Assembly (NCBI GenBank): GCA_044867195.1
Contig: JBIOUO010000009.1
Location: 297-64,296 of the forward strand
DNA length: 64,000 nucleotides
Reading direction: 5' to 3'
Source: Ilumatobacteraceae bacterium
GTDB lineage: Bacteria; Actinomycetota; Acidimicrobiia; Acidimicrobiales; Ilumatobacteraceae
A model generated the notes under the pieces. It ran no database searches. It worked only from the letters and a program-made list of their open reading frames with translations, and had not been told where the DNA came from. The translations under genes and the position numbers were made by a program. This document shows, piece after piece, positions 1 to 9,194 of the stretch (positions within the stretch are counted from its first letter, which is position 1; every line of letters starts with the position of its first letter).

Positions 1-548
1 GGCAGGTGCGCGCCGACGTAGATGCGAGCGGTCGCGACCAACACCACAAGCGTCCAGCCCGCCGTCCGCCCCAGGCGGCCGAGGTGGGGACTGGCGACGG
101 TGACGACCGCCGTCACCAGCGCCGCGTGACCGGAGGGAAACCCGAGCCCGTGATCGATCGCGCCGTGGAACGTGACTCCGTCGAGCAGGCTGCCGGGCCG
201 CCCACGACCGACGACCTCCTTGACCCACTTGGCCACGACCCAGGCTCCGACACCGGCCACGGCCACCGTCACGGCCAGACGCGGCCGGCGGGCGATCAAC
301 GCGATCACCGCTGCCGCCAGCGCGGCGGGCAGTGCGCCGGCTTGCATCACCACGTACGTCGGTCCCGCCAACGCCGTGGGCAGCCGGTTGATCGACCGGA
401 ACACGTCGGTCTCGATCCCCGAGAGGCCGTGCCGCGCGACGACCGCGGCGACCACCACCAGCAGGATCCCGACGGCGATGCAGCTCACGTCCCGGTGCAG
501 TCGCGGAACCGCCAGGCGCCCGGCCGCGTCGGCTACACGATCACGCAT
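1..548 (-). CDS. PAP2-family phosphatase (partial; C-terminus lies beyond the left edge)
   Basis: Absent from the ORF track because it runs off the window. Reverse translation from the ATG at 546-548 gives MRDRVADAAG... with the three PAP2 motifs KEVVGRGRP, GFPSGH and ARIYVGAHLP, plus several hydrophobic helices. Confidence 0.8.
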   Translation of the reverse strand, partial: MRDRVADAAGRLAVPRLHRDVSCIAVGILLVVVAAVVARHGLSGIETDVFRSINRLPTALAGPTYVVMQAGALPAALAAAVIALIARRPRLAVTVAVAGVGAWVVAKWVKEVVGRGRPGSLLDGVTFHGAIDHGLGFPSGHAALVTAVVTVASPHLGRLGRTAGWTLVVLVATARIYVGAHL

Positions 549-626
549 GACGGTGAGAGGGTGCTGCCGGGACCGCAGATACCGCAATTAGCGTAGAGCC
601 GCCAACCGCGCCGTGGTCGGAAGCTG

Positions 627-1877
627 TCAGCGCCTGTCGTCACCGAGCGACGCGCCGTTCGACCGGGCGACCTCTCCGAGCCACCGGGCAGATGGCTTGA
701 CGGTCCGTACGAACGACTCGCGGTCGACCGCGATCAGGCCGAACGTCTTGGCGTATCCCGACATCCACTCGAAGTTGTCGAGCAGGCTCCAGTGCAGGTA
801 GCCCCGAACATCGATGCCGTCGGCGATGCATCGGGCCAGCCCGTCGAGCGCGGCACGGGTGTAGGAGATCCGAGCGGCGTCGTCGTCGGTCGCCATCCCG
901 TTCTCGGTCACCATCACCGGCACGCCGGCGCGTTCGGCGGCCAGACGCACGGTGTGACCGAGAGCTTCCGGGTAGACCTCCCAACCCGTCTGCATCGTCG
1001 CCACGCCCGCAGCCACCGGCAGCGGTCCGTCTGCCCCGAGGACATTGCGGGAGTAGGTCTGCACACCGACCCAGTCATCATCACGCGACACGTCGAGCCA
1101 ATCGAGTTGCGCTCTCTGGCGAACCCGCTCGAGGCGATCGTCACCGCCGTCGCCCGCCTGCAGATCGACGAGCGCGAGCGTCCAGCCGACCTGGGACTCA
1201 CCGCGAGCCGACTTGATCGCGTCGACGGCCGCGCGGTGGATGTCCGCCATCCGCTCGACGGTCGACCCGACTAATCCCATGTGGTAGCGGCTCGCGTCGT
1301 AGCCCCCAACGCCGGCCCCGGTGGACGACGTCGTCGCGGCGAGCGGACCGCGATCACCCGCACCGAGCGGGATCTCGCCTGTCAGCTGCAGCATGGTGAT
1401 GACGTTCGGCTCGTTGAGCGTCGCGACCCACGGCAGCAGATCACCGAAATGGTCGGTTGCTCGCTGTGCGTATCGTGCGAACCGGCTCGGGGCTTGATCA
1501 CCGTTCCACCCGCCCGCCCCGGCGAACCAGCGCGGCGTCGTGAAGTGACAGTACGTGACGACCGGGGTGAGGTCGTGCTCCCAGCAGGACCCGATCATCC
1601 TGCGGTAGTGGTCGAGCGCGGCTCGACTGAAGTACCCCTCCTCGGGCTCGATCCTCGACCACTCCAACGAGAACCGGTAGCTGTTCAGCCCCAGATCGGC
1701 CGCCAGTGCGATGTCCTCGCCGTACCGGTGGTAGTGGTCGCACGCGTCACCAGACGGTTCGGTGAACATCGAGTCCGGCGCCCACTCGAGCGGCCAGACG
1801 TCGGCGTTCACGTTGCCGCCCTCGACCTGATGGCCGGCGGTCGAGGCGCCCCACAGGAAGCCCGTGGGAACTGTCAT
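627..1877 (-). CDS. GH1 beta-glucosidase
   Basis: ORF 627..1970. Probable start is MTVPTGFLWGASTAGHQVEGG (ATG at 1875-1877). GH1 catalytic motifs TLNEPNV and VTENGMA are present. Confidence 0.9.
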   Translation of the reverse strand: MTVPTGFLWGASTAGHQVEGGNVNADVWPLEWAPDSMFTEPSGDACDHYHRYGEDIALAADLGLNSYRFSLEWSRIEPEEGYFSRAALDHYRRMIGSCWEHDLTPVVTYCHFTTPRWFAGAGGWNGDQAPSRFARYAQRATDHFGDLLPWVATLNEPNVITMLQLTGEIPLGAGDRGPLAATTSSTGAGVGGYDASRYHMGLVGSTVERMADIHRAAVDAIKSARGESQVGWTLALVDLQAGDGGDDRLERVRQRAQLDWLDVSRDDDWVGVQTYSRNVLGADGPLPVAAGVATMQTGWEVYPEALGHTVRLAAERAGVPVMVTENGMATDDDAARISYTRAALDGLARCIADGIDVRGYLHWSLLDNFEWMSGYAKTFGLIAVDRESFVRTVKPSARWLGEVARSNGASLGDDRR

Positions 1878-1890
1878 CGAGTCGTCCGGC

Positions 1891-2799
1891 TCACGACGAC
1901 ACGCGCTCGGCAGCGAGGACGTACATCGAGTCGTCGAGCACCGATTGGACGTCGGGCGCGTACCGAGCACGCAGCTCGGAGGCGAGGGCGAGGTCGACGA
2001 TGCGGAATCCGTGGCGACCGAGGAAGTGCTCGTAGTCCTCCGGATGCACGCCGAACGTGACGGGTTCGCCGATCAGGCTCAGCGCGCCTGGTGCTGCTCG
2101 CCGTGCCGAACCGAGCGGTCCGGGCTCGTCGACGAGGTGCCACATGTCGTGGGTGATCTGGGAGCCGTCCGCGCTGAGCTCGTGCACCGCGTCGAGCGTC
2201 GCCGTGACCGCGGCGCGCGTCAGGTACATGGCGACACCCTCCCAGGTGAAGAACGTCAGCCCACCTACCTCGAAGCCGGCGTCGGCAAGCACGTCGGTGA
2301 GCGCCTGCGTCTCGAAGTCGATCTCCACCCGCACGAGGTTGACCGTCGGGAACTGGTCGCTGTTCTTGGCGATCGTGGCCGCTTTGGCCCGGCTGATCGG
2401 AGCAAGGTCGACCTCGAACACCGGCCGCCCGTCGAGCTGGTCGGCGAACCGGTACGCACGCGTGTCGTATCCGGCGCCGAGCAGCACGACCTGCGTGACG
2501 CCGGCGTCGAGCGCGGCTGCGAGGTGCTCGTCGATGAACCGATGGCGCAACGGCACGTAGCTCGTCCCGCTGGCGCCCAACTGGCGCAACACGCGTCCGG
2601 TGAAGGTCCCTGACCACACCGCCAGCGTTCGTCGCGCCGCCGGCGACACGAACAGCTGCGCCCACGGATCGTCGACCACCCGCTCGTCCGGCGCTTTGAG
2701 GTGCTCGACGGCGCGGGCCATCGTCACCGCTTCCGCGGTCAGGCTCGGTCGGGACTGCAATCGGTGGGCGAACGGGCGCAGCGGATCGGAGTCGCTCAT
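1891..2799 (-). CDS. class I SAM-dependent methyltransferase (Leu-carboxyl / mycobacterial O-methyltransferase-like family)
   Basis: ORF 1891..2913. VVLLGAGYDTRAYRF SAM-binding segment and FFTWEGVAMYL motif. Start placed at MSDSDPL (2799) because the upstream part of the ORF is Arg/Pro-rich; 2814 is an alternative start. Confidence 0.85.
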   Translation of the reverse strand: MSDSDPLRPFAHRLQSRPSLTAEAVTMARAVEHLKAPDERVVDDPWAQLFVSPAARRTLAVWSGTFTGRVLRQLGASGTSYVPLRHRFIDEHLAAALDAGVTQVVLLGAGYDTRAYRFADQLDGRPVFEVDLAPISRAKAATIAKNSDQFPTVNLVRVEIDFETQALTDVLADAGFEVGGLTFFTWEGVAMYLTRAAVTATLDAVHELSADGSQITHDMWHLVDEPGPLGSARRAAPGALSLIGEPVTFGVHPEDYEHFLGRHGFRIVDLALASELRARYAPDVQSVLDDSMYVLAAERVSS

Positions 2800-2813
2800 C
2801 GGTCCATCATCCA

Positions 2814-3191
2814 TCAGCGGTGGCGGAGGACGCTGCGCAGCACGAGCAAGGCGACGATGGCGACGATCTGACCGCCGAGGACGATGCGGTTGAGGTCGAC
2901 TGCCGGCCGCCACGTCACGTTGCTGCCCTCGATGACGTAGGCGCCGGCGGGCTTGGCCTCCAGGCCGAACCCGCCTCCGGAGCCTGATCCGGTTCCGACA
3001 CCCTCGGGCCCGGTGCCCTCGCCGTGACCGCCGCCGCCCCCGCCGCGCACGGCGGCGACCGGGATGACGGTGACCCCGTTGCGTTCGTACGGCTCGCCGA
3101 ACAACCGCGAGACCGTCAACGCGTCGCGGGTCTGCTGCATCAACTGGTTCACATCCACGTCCATCTCCTCTCCATTCACTGGCGCACCCAT
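2814..3191 (-). CDS. GerW/YtfJ-family protein (sporulation-protein-YtfJ-like)
   Basis: 125-aa ORF with LFGEPYERNGVTVIPVAAV, a Gly-rich linker, then AKPAGAYVIEGSNVTW and a C-terminal TM helix. This layout is typical of actinobacterial GerW-family proteins. The start may instead be MDVDVNQL (3164), which is preceded by GGAGAGGAG. Confidence 0.7.
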   Translation of the reverse strand: MGAPVNGEEMDVDVNQLMQQTRDALTVSRLFGEPYERNGVTVIPVAAVRGGGGGGHGEGTGPEGVGTGSGSGGGFGLEAKPAGAYVIEGSNVTWRPAVDLNRIVLGGQIVAIVALLVLRSVLRHR

Positions 3192-3213
3192 TCCAGCAGG
3201 ACCGGCGACGGGC

Positions 3214-4632
3214 TCAGGCTGTCGCCCGAGAGGCGTCGAGCTCGATCTGCAGCTCGTGGATCGAGTTGTTGCCGTAGCCGTTGCGGTTCCACTCGGCCCG
3301 TTCCGGTTGCGATCGTCCGGACAGATCCGTCGCCCGCGATCGGATCGTCACCGGGCCGGAGCGGTCGAGGCGGGTGATCAGCTCCCACCACTGCCAGCTG
3401 TGACGGTGACGGTCGCCGACGAGCTTGGCCGCCTGCCATGGTCCGCCGTCGACGCTCACGTCGACGCGGTCGATCGGACCGCCACCGGACCATGCCACGC
3501 CGCGGATGGCGAGCTCGCCGGGGGCGACCGGCGCGTCCGGGCTCGGGTCGGTGATCAGCGAGCGGACGCGTTGCAGCGTGACCGGCTCGCGCTCGCTGGC
3601 GCCGTCGCGCTCCCACTCGTAGTTGTACTTGTCGGCCTGGTAGTAGCCGGCGAACGGCTGATCCACGGCCTCGATCTCGGTGAGCCACTTCACCGACGCG
3701 ACGCCGTACCAGTCGGGTACGACGAGCCGCACCGGGAATCCGTGGGGGACGGGGATCTGGTCGCCGTTCATCGCGTAGGCGACCAGCGCGCCAGCGTCGC
3801 GCGCGACGTCGACGCTGAGGCTGCGCTCGAACGTGATCGGCGCCGACCGCCCGTCGACGGGTCCCGAGTCGGCGCCGCGGAACACGAGCTCTCGCGCCTG
3901 GCGGTCGAGCCCGGCACGATCGAGGATCTCGCCGAGCGGGACGCCGGTCCACTCGGCCGTGCTCACGGCACCGTGGCGCCACTGCTCGCCGGGCGTCGGC
4001 GGGTCGAGCAGGAAGCGGCCGTTGCCGGCGCACTCGAGCGTGACGACGACCGTCTGCGACGGCAGCTGGCGCAACTCATGCAGCGCCAGGCGCAGCGGAC
4101 GCTCCACCCGCCCGGCCACGCGTAGCCGCCACGTCGCCGGATCGAGCGCCGGGATGGCGAAGTGGTTGCGGACATAGAAGTGGGCGTTGGGCATCACCAC
4201 GCCGCCGAGGAGCGCGGCGATCGAGGTCTCCCCGTTGAGTGGGTGGGCCCGGTGGACCAGCAGGCCGGCGTCGATCGCCGACTCGCACGCCTCCTCCGGA
4301 TCGACCGAGCTTCCGGCTCCGAGGTCGGGGGGAGCCGCCACACACCCCCCGCTGGCAACCGCCCGCACGCACGTCGACGCCGGGTAGACGTCGACCGTGC
4401 CGGCCTCGGCGAACGGTTGCACGAACCGGCGGACCTGGTCGGCGCCTCCGGCCTCGACGATCATGTACATCACGTGGTCGCCCTCGACGACCGCCTCGCC
4501 CTTGATCTCCACGCCGTAGCGGCGGGCGCTGGGGCGGCTCAGGTGGTTCAGCAACAGCGCGCCCAGCGCCGGATCTCCGGCCGGACAGCGCGTCCCCTCG
4601 TGCTCGTGCCGAACGATGAACAGTCCCATCAC
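3214..4632 (-). CDS. sulfite-oxidase-family molybdopterin oxidoreductase with an extra ~100-aa N-terminal domain
   Basis: 472 aa. Residues ~110-472 carry the Oxidored_molyb-like core (HFYVRNHF, TLECAGNGR, VVPDWYGVASVKWL) and a Mo-co dimerisation domain (VDVSVDGGPWQAAKL...). Residues 1-100 (MMGLFIVRHEHEGTRCPAGDP...) form a separate small Cys-containing domain. Confidence 0.85.
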   Translation of the reverse strand: MMGLFIVRHEHEGTRCPAGDPALGALLLNHLSRPSARRYGVEIKGEAVVEGDHVMYMIVEAGGADQVRRFVQPFAEAGTVDVYPASTCVRAVASGGCVAAPPDLGAGSSVDPEEACESAIDAGLLVHRAHPLNGETSIAALLGGVVMPNAHFYVRNHFAIPALDPATWRLRVAGRVERPLRLALHELRQLPSQTVVVTLECAGNGRFLLDPPTPGEQWRHGAVSTAEWTGVPLGEILDRAGLDRQARELVFRGADSGPVDGRSAPITFERSLSVDVARDAGALVAYAMNGDQIPVPHGFPVRLVVPDWYGVASVKWLTEIEAVDQPFAGYYQADKYNYEWERDGASEREPVTLQRVRSLITDPSPDAPVAPGELAIRGVAWSGGGPIDRVDVSVDGGPWQAAKLVGDRHRHSWQWWELITRLDRSGPVTIRSRATDLSGRSQPERAEWNRNGYGNNSIHELQIELDASRATA

Positions 4633-4772
4633 GCCCCCTTCTCCCGCCGTCCACCCTGCGTGGTCCGGCGACTCGATGCAAGGGGCCGGTGATCCACGGC
4701 ACCATCGTGGCCGACGGGTAGCGTCGCGCGGCGCGGGTCTCGGCCGCCGACTGCGCGGGTCATGGAGGGGTC

Positions 4773-5750
4773 ATGGAGCTTCGATGGATCTCGGCCGACG
4801 AAGTGCGAACCCTCACGGCGGACGAGGTCCCTGGTCTGGCCGACTCGCCCGACGGGCTGCTGTGGGTCGATCTGCACCACTCCGAGAGCGAGGGGATGGC
4901 GCTGCTCAGCGACGTGTTCAAGTTCGAACCCGAGAGCATCGCGGAGTGCCATGTGCGCACTCCGGTCCCCAAGCTTCGCCGCCACCCCGGTTACACGTTC
5001 ACCGCGATCAATGGAGTAGCGCGTGGAGATGATGGGGTGCTGCACTTCCAGCCACTGAAGGTCTTCTCGACCCCGACGCGGATCGTGACAGTGCTCGGAC
5101 CGACGCATCACGCGTTGAGCTACGAGGCAGCACACCGCGAGCTTTCGCTCATGATCGAGCAGATCGACTCAGGCGCGTACCATCCGACGAGCGCGATTGG
5201 CGTCGGCGTTGCCATCCGCAAGACGATGCTCGTGAGCATGCAGGACCTCGTCGGTGGCGCGGCCTCGCGAATCGGGGAGATCGAGCGCCAAGTCATGCAA
5301 TGCGACCCGGTGAAGGGTGAGGGGTTGCTGGGCGATCTGTTCGAAGTGCGCCACGACTTGCAGACGATCCGCACGAGTGCGGCGCAGACGCGCGAGCTGC
5401 TCGCCCTCGCCACCGGGTCGGCCGTCCCTGGGTTCCGCGGCGACCTCGAGGATCTCCATCAGGGGTTCGAGCACCTGACGAACACCGCCGACCTGGAGCG
5501 CGAGTACCTCCAGGAGGTGCTCGATCTGTTCCAGACCCGAGCGTCGACGGAGCTCAACCGGTTCATTCGCAAGATCACGGCCTGGGGTGCGATCGGACTG
5601 GTGGGGACGCTGGTCGCGGGGATATACGGGATGAACTTCGCCAACATGCCCGAGCTCGACTGGGAATATGGGTACCCGATGGCGATCGGAATCATCCTCA
5701 TCGCGGCCGGCGCGCTCTACGTGCTCTTCCGCCGCCACGGCTGGCTGTGA
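4773..5750 (+). CDS. corA: CorA-family magnesium/cobalt transporter
   Basis: 325 aa. The YGMNF signature lies just before two C-terminal TM helices, after a long cytoplasmic N-terminal domain. Confidence 0.9.
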   Translation: MELRWISADEVRTLTADEVPGLADSPDGLLWVDLHHSESEGMALLSDVFKFEPESIAECHVRTPVPKLRRHPGYTFTAINGVARGDDGVLHFQPLKVFSTPTRIVTVLGPTHHALSYEAAHRELSLMIEQIDSGAYHPTSAIGVGVAIRKTMLVSMQDLVGGAASRIGEIERQVMQCDPVKGEGLLGDLFEVRHDLQTIRTSAAQTRELLALATGSAVPGFRGDLEDLHQGFEHLTNTADLEREYLQEVLDLFQTRASTELNRFIRKITAWGAIGLVGTLVAGIYGMNFANMPELDWEYGYPMAIGIILIAAGALYVLFRRHGWL

Positions 5751-5760
5751 ACTATTTCGC

Positions 5761-6192
5761 CTACAACGTGACCAGGTTGGCTGGGGTTGCCGCGTGCACC
5801 GCCGAGACGGGGACCGATTGATCGAAGGTGACGAAGCGCCCGCCGTGATGGGTCGCCAGCGCGAGCAAGTAGGCGTCCGTCACCTGGCGGGGGCCATGGA
5901 GGTGGGTGCGGTCGATGGCGCTCGTGTCGAGGAGGCTCGTGTCGCACGTCCAGTAGACGTGATGTGGCTCAGTGCAGGCCTGATCCAGGAGGTCGATGGC
6001 TACCGTCGGCGAGACGGGACTCGGATAGCGGGGCTGGCTGATCACGCGTACGAAACCGTTCTGCGTGATCGCACACGACGCCCAACCGGAGCCAACCTCC
6101 ATGTCGATCCACGCCCGGGCGCGCTCGTGCTCGATGTGGTCACTGTCCAGAAGCGCGATCAGCACATTGACGTCGAGGAGTGCGCGGCTCAC
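5761..6192 (-). CDS. vapC: PIN-domain toxin (VapC family)
   Basis: 143 aa starting LLDVNVLIAL (first PIN Asp), with later acidic residues. GTG start overlaps the upstream antitoxin stop (GTGA at 6189-6192). Confidence 0.85.
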   Translation of the reverse strand: MSRALLDVNVLIALLDSDHIEHERARAWIDMEVGSGWASCAITQNGFVRVISQPRYPSPVSPTVAIDLLDQACTEPHHVYWTCDTSLLDTSAIDRTHLHGPRQVTDAYLLALATHHGGRFVTFDQSVPVSAVHAATPANLVTL

Positions 6193-6428
6193 TCGGGTTC
6201 GTCCTCGCGGAGCTGGTCGATGAGCGTGTTGGTGACGGGGGGGCCTCGATGAGGCAGCGGGTGGAACCCGTGTAGTCCTCCGCGCTTGCGGGTGGCCGGG
6301 CGGCGGGGGCCTGTCAGCGCTTGGCGCGCGAGGTCCGACAGCACCTCACCTGCGGTCCGGTTCTCGCGTCGCGCCCGCTCCTTCACCGCGAGCAGTACGT
6401 CGTCATCGAGCGTCAACGTTGTGCGCAC
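6189..6428 (-). CDS. vapB: type II antitoxin (VapB family)
   Basis: 79 aa. The MRTTLTLDDDVLLAVKERA N-terminus is typical of VapB antitoxins. Translationally coupled to the PIN gene. Confidence 0.8.
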   Translation of the reverse strand: MRTTLTLDDDVLLAVKERARRENRTAGEVLSDLARQALTGPRRPATRKRGGLHGFHPLPHRGPPVTNTLIDQLREDEPE

Positions 6429-6468
6429 GCATCTGATGCTACTGCATCACCGGCGGGCGGGCCGAGAG

Positions 6469-7557
6469 TCAGATGTTGAAGCGGAACTCCATCACGTCAC
6501 CGTCCTGGGCGACGTAGTCCTTGCCCTCGAGGCGGATCTTGCCCAGCTCCTTGGCCTTGGTCCACGAGCCGATGTCGAGCAGCTCGTCCCACTGGATGAC
6601 CTCGGCGCGGATGAACCCGCGTTGGAAGTCGGTGTGGATGCGCCCCGCGCACTGGGGGGCCGTCGAGCCCTCGTAGAACGTCCACGCCCGCGACTCCTTG
6701 TCCCCGGTCGTCAGGAACGTGCGCAGGCCGAGCAGGTGGTACGCGCTGCGCACGACGCGGAACAGCGCGCCCTCGCCCAGCCCGAAGGCCTCCAGCATCT
6801 CCGCTCGTTCGGCGGGGTCCTCGATCGCCGCCGCCTCGGCTTCCAGCTGCACGCACATGCCGATGATCTCGACGTCGCCGCCGGCGTCGTTGAGCTCGGC
6901 CGTCACCGCTGCCGTCGCTTCGGGGATCGAATCGAGGTCGTCCTCGCCGACGTTGACGACCGCGAGCACGCGCCGATTCGTCAGCAGGAAGTGCGGCGCC
7001 AGCGTCGCCCGGACCGCTGGCGTGAGCCCGGCGCGGTACAGCGGGCGGCCGGCGGACAGGGCCTCGAACGCGGCCTGCAGGGCGGCCACCTCGTCGCCGA
7101 GCGAGCGGTCGAGCTTGGCCTGCCTGGCGGCCTGGACAAGCCGCTTGTCGACGGTCTCGAGGTCGGCGAGGGCCAGCTCCAGCTCGACCACGCGAAGGTG
7201 CTCCAGCGGATCGGCCGATCCGATCACGTCGTCGTCGGCGAACGCGCGCAGCACGAAGACGATGGCGTCGACCTCGCGGATGTTGGCGAGGAACTTGTTG
7301 CCCAGTCCCTCGCCCTTGCTGGCGCCCTCGACGAGCCCGCCGATGTCGACCACCTGCACCGCGGCGTGCACGACGTTGCGGCTGCGCGACATCGCCGCGA
7401 GCCGGTCGAGGCGGTCGTCGGGCACCTTGGCGACGCCGATATTGGGGTCCTTGGTGGCGAACGCGTACGGCGCAGCGAGCGCGCCGCCGCCGGTGAGGGC
7501 GTTGTACAACGAGCTCTTGCCGGCGTTCGGCAGGCCGACGAGGCCGAAGCGTTCCAT
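6469..7557 (-). CDS. ychF: redox-regulated ATPase YchF
   Basis: C-terminal 362 codons of ORF 6469..8166, starting MERFGLVGLPNAGKSSLYNALT (ATG at 7555-7557) and ending ...DGDVMEFRFNI. The upstream part of the ORF is Arg/Pro-rich and non-coding in appearance. Confidence 0.95.
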   Translation of the reverse strand: MERFGLVGLPNAGKSSLYNALTGGGALAAPYAFATKDPNIGVAKVPDDRLDRLAAMSRSRNVVHAAVQVVDIGGLVEGASKGEGLGNKFLANIREVDAIVFVLRAFADDDVIGSADPLEHLRVVELELALADLETVDKRLVQAARQAKLDRSLGDEVAALQAAFEALSAGRPLYRAGLTPAVRATLAPHFLLTNRRVLAVVNVGEDDLDSIPEATAAVTAELNDAGGDVEIIGMCVQLEAEAAAIEDPAERAEMLEAFGLGEGALFRVVRSAYHLLGLRTFLTTGDKESRAWTFYEGSTAPQCAGRIHTDFQRGFIRAEVIQWDELLDIGSWTKAKELGKIRLEGKDYVAQDGDVMEFRFNI

Positions 7558-7601
7558 CCGCCGGACGACGCTACCGGTGCCGGCCGCTACGGTCGCCGGG
7601 C

Positions 7602-8378
7602 GTGCGTTGGGGGTTGTCGCTGGCGCTGGCGGACGAGCTCGCCGAGCCGGCGGTCGTCGCCGACATCGCACGGGTCGCCGAAGAGTCCGGCTGGGACGGC
7701 GTGTTCGTCTCGGACCACCTCTGGAACTGGACCGGCGCGCCATTCGCTGATCCGTGGGTGACGCTTGCCGCGGCGGCGATGACCACCGACCGCGTTCGCC
7801 TCGGGCCGATGGTGGCGGCATTGCCACGCCGCCGCGCACAGCTCGTGGCCCAGGCGGCGACGACGCTCGACCGGTTGTCCGGCGGGCGGGTCGTGCTGTC
7901 GCTCGGGCTCGGTGTCGACAGCTACGGCGAGTACTCGGTGTTCGACGAGCCGGCTGCCGATGACCGGTCGCGGGCGGCGGCGCTCGACGCCGGCATCGAG
8001 CTACTCGTCCCAATGCTCGAGGGCGGGCCGGTCGCCGCGCTCGGCGGGCGCCAGACGACGGCAGCCGGCGTACAACGTCCGCGCTGTCCGATCTGGATCG
8101 CCGGCGTCGCGCCGCACCGCGCCGGGCCGCGGCGCGTCGCCCGTCACAGCCTGGAAGGCCTGGCACTCGTCGGTGGGGGAGTGTGGACGCCGCAGCGTGT
8201 CACCGATTCGCTCGCGGCCGGCGGGCTGGCGCCCGGCTCGATCGACGTCGCTCTCGTCGGCGGCACCCATCCCGACCCGGCGGGGTTGGCCGCGGCGGGC
8301 GCGACGTGGTGTGTCCCTGAGATCGAGCCAGGGGCGACAGCCGCCGATGCGCTCAGGCTGTCGGCGACTACGCCGTGA
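7602..8378 (+). CDS. LLM-class (luciferase-like) F420-dependent oxidoreductase
   Basis: 258 aa with a GTG start. Contains WGLSL...AEESGWDGVFVSDHL and RVVLSLGLG segments typical of LLM-class enzymes. Confidence 0.8.
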   Translation: MRWGLSLALADELAEPAVVADIARVAEESGWDGVFVSDHLWNWTGAPFADPWVTLAAAAMTTDRVRLGPMVAALPRRRAQLVAQAATTLDRLSGGRVVLSLGLGVDSYGEYSVFDEPAADDRSRAAALDAGIELLVPMLEGGPVAALGGRQTTAAGVQRPRCPIWIAGVAPHRAGPRRVARHSLEGLALVGGGVWTPQRVTDSLAAGGLAPGSIDVALVGGTHPDPAGLAAAGATWCVPEIEPGATAADALRLSATTP

Positions 8379-8835
8379 TCGCCTGATACGGCTTCGGCCG
8401 CCGGTCGCGCAGCGTGAACGCGTCGCCCGACACGCCGTCGCGGCGCAGGGCGGCCAGCCGGTCCAGCGCCTCCTCGACGCTCGGGACATGGCCCGCAGGC
8501 ACCCACCAGCACACCAGGTACGCGTCGTCCATCCGCGCGAACCACTCCCGCCGCCGGCGCAGGAACGCGGCGTGGCCGGTCCGAAACACAAACTCGTGGA
8601 GGGCGTCGGGCGACTCCCATACCGAGAGGTTGATGATCACCAGCGGGTCCTCGTCGGCGCGCACGTAGCTCGAGGACTGCCCGGCGTCGTCGGTCAGCCG
8701 CCACACGAACCCGGGCGACGATTCAGCGAGCGCGTTGACGTCGTCGAGCGAGGCGACGAACTTCGCCGTGTCAGGGTGGTCGAGCGGCTGGCGGAGGCGG
8801 GCGACGTTGAGCTGGGCGAGCCGCCAGTTGGGCAT
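8368..8835 (-). CDS. DUF3291-like protein (intact copy)
   Basis: 155 aa: MPNWRLAQLNVARLRQPLDHP...GFVWRL...VINLSVWES. A decayed second copy lies at about 18190-18531. Confidence 0.8.
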   Translation of the reverse strand: MPNWRLAQLNVARLRQPLDHPDTAKFVASLDDVNALAESSPGFVWRLTDDAGQSSSYVRADEDPLVIINLSVWESPDALHEFVFRTGHAAFLRRRREWFARMDDAYLVCWWVPAGHVPSVEEALDRLAALRRDGVSGDAFTLRDRRPKPYQAITA

Positions 8836-9194
8836 CCCGGCACGCTACGGGCCGGTGGCACCGGTTGGCCCGCCGGTACCGTGGGGGCGCGCCGGCGGCG
8901 CGGTTGCCGGACCCGAGCAGTGCCGTGAGCGGCTCGGCGACGGGTCCACCCGCTCGACTCGAGCGCGACGAGGCGTCCCCGGGTGGATCTCGGTACTTTG
9001 CCACCAGGCGGTGTCATCGCGGAGCACCGGCCGCGATGCCCTGTGGCCGCACCTCGTCGTAAAGCCCGCGCCTCCACGCCGTTGCTCCGTCCTCCGCTCG
9101 AGATGTGGTCGTATCGGAGTCGCGGGCCGCGTCACAGCGAACACAGGCAAGGCGAGCGAGCTTGCGCCCGAGCGTCGGCTGCCAGCAGTATGGG

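Noticed and set aside
6286-7761. 491-aa plus-strand ORF (with 6698..7750 and others) covering the ychF region
   Set aside because: It lies antisense to a clearly recognisable ychF gene. The translation is Arg/Ala/Gly/Val-rich with no motifs. It is a typical shadow ORF of high-GC DNA.
7558-8166. N-terminal 200-codon extension of the ychF ORF (6469..8166)
   Set aside because: The extension is Arg/Pro-rich and overlaps the LLM oxidoreductase gene on the other strand. The canonical YchF N-terminus (MERFGLVGLPNAGKS) starts at 7557.
8836-9194. Possible regulator or small gene in the 360-bp gap upstream of uxaC (ORFs 8865..9062 and 8845..9150)
   Set aside because: The translations are Arg/Pro/Gly-rich with no HTH or other motif. 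The gap is treated as promoter or leader. Part of it may belong to uxaC if the ATG at 9105 is the true start.
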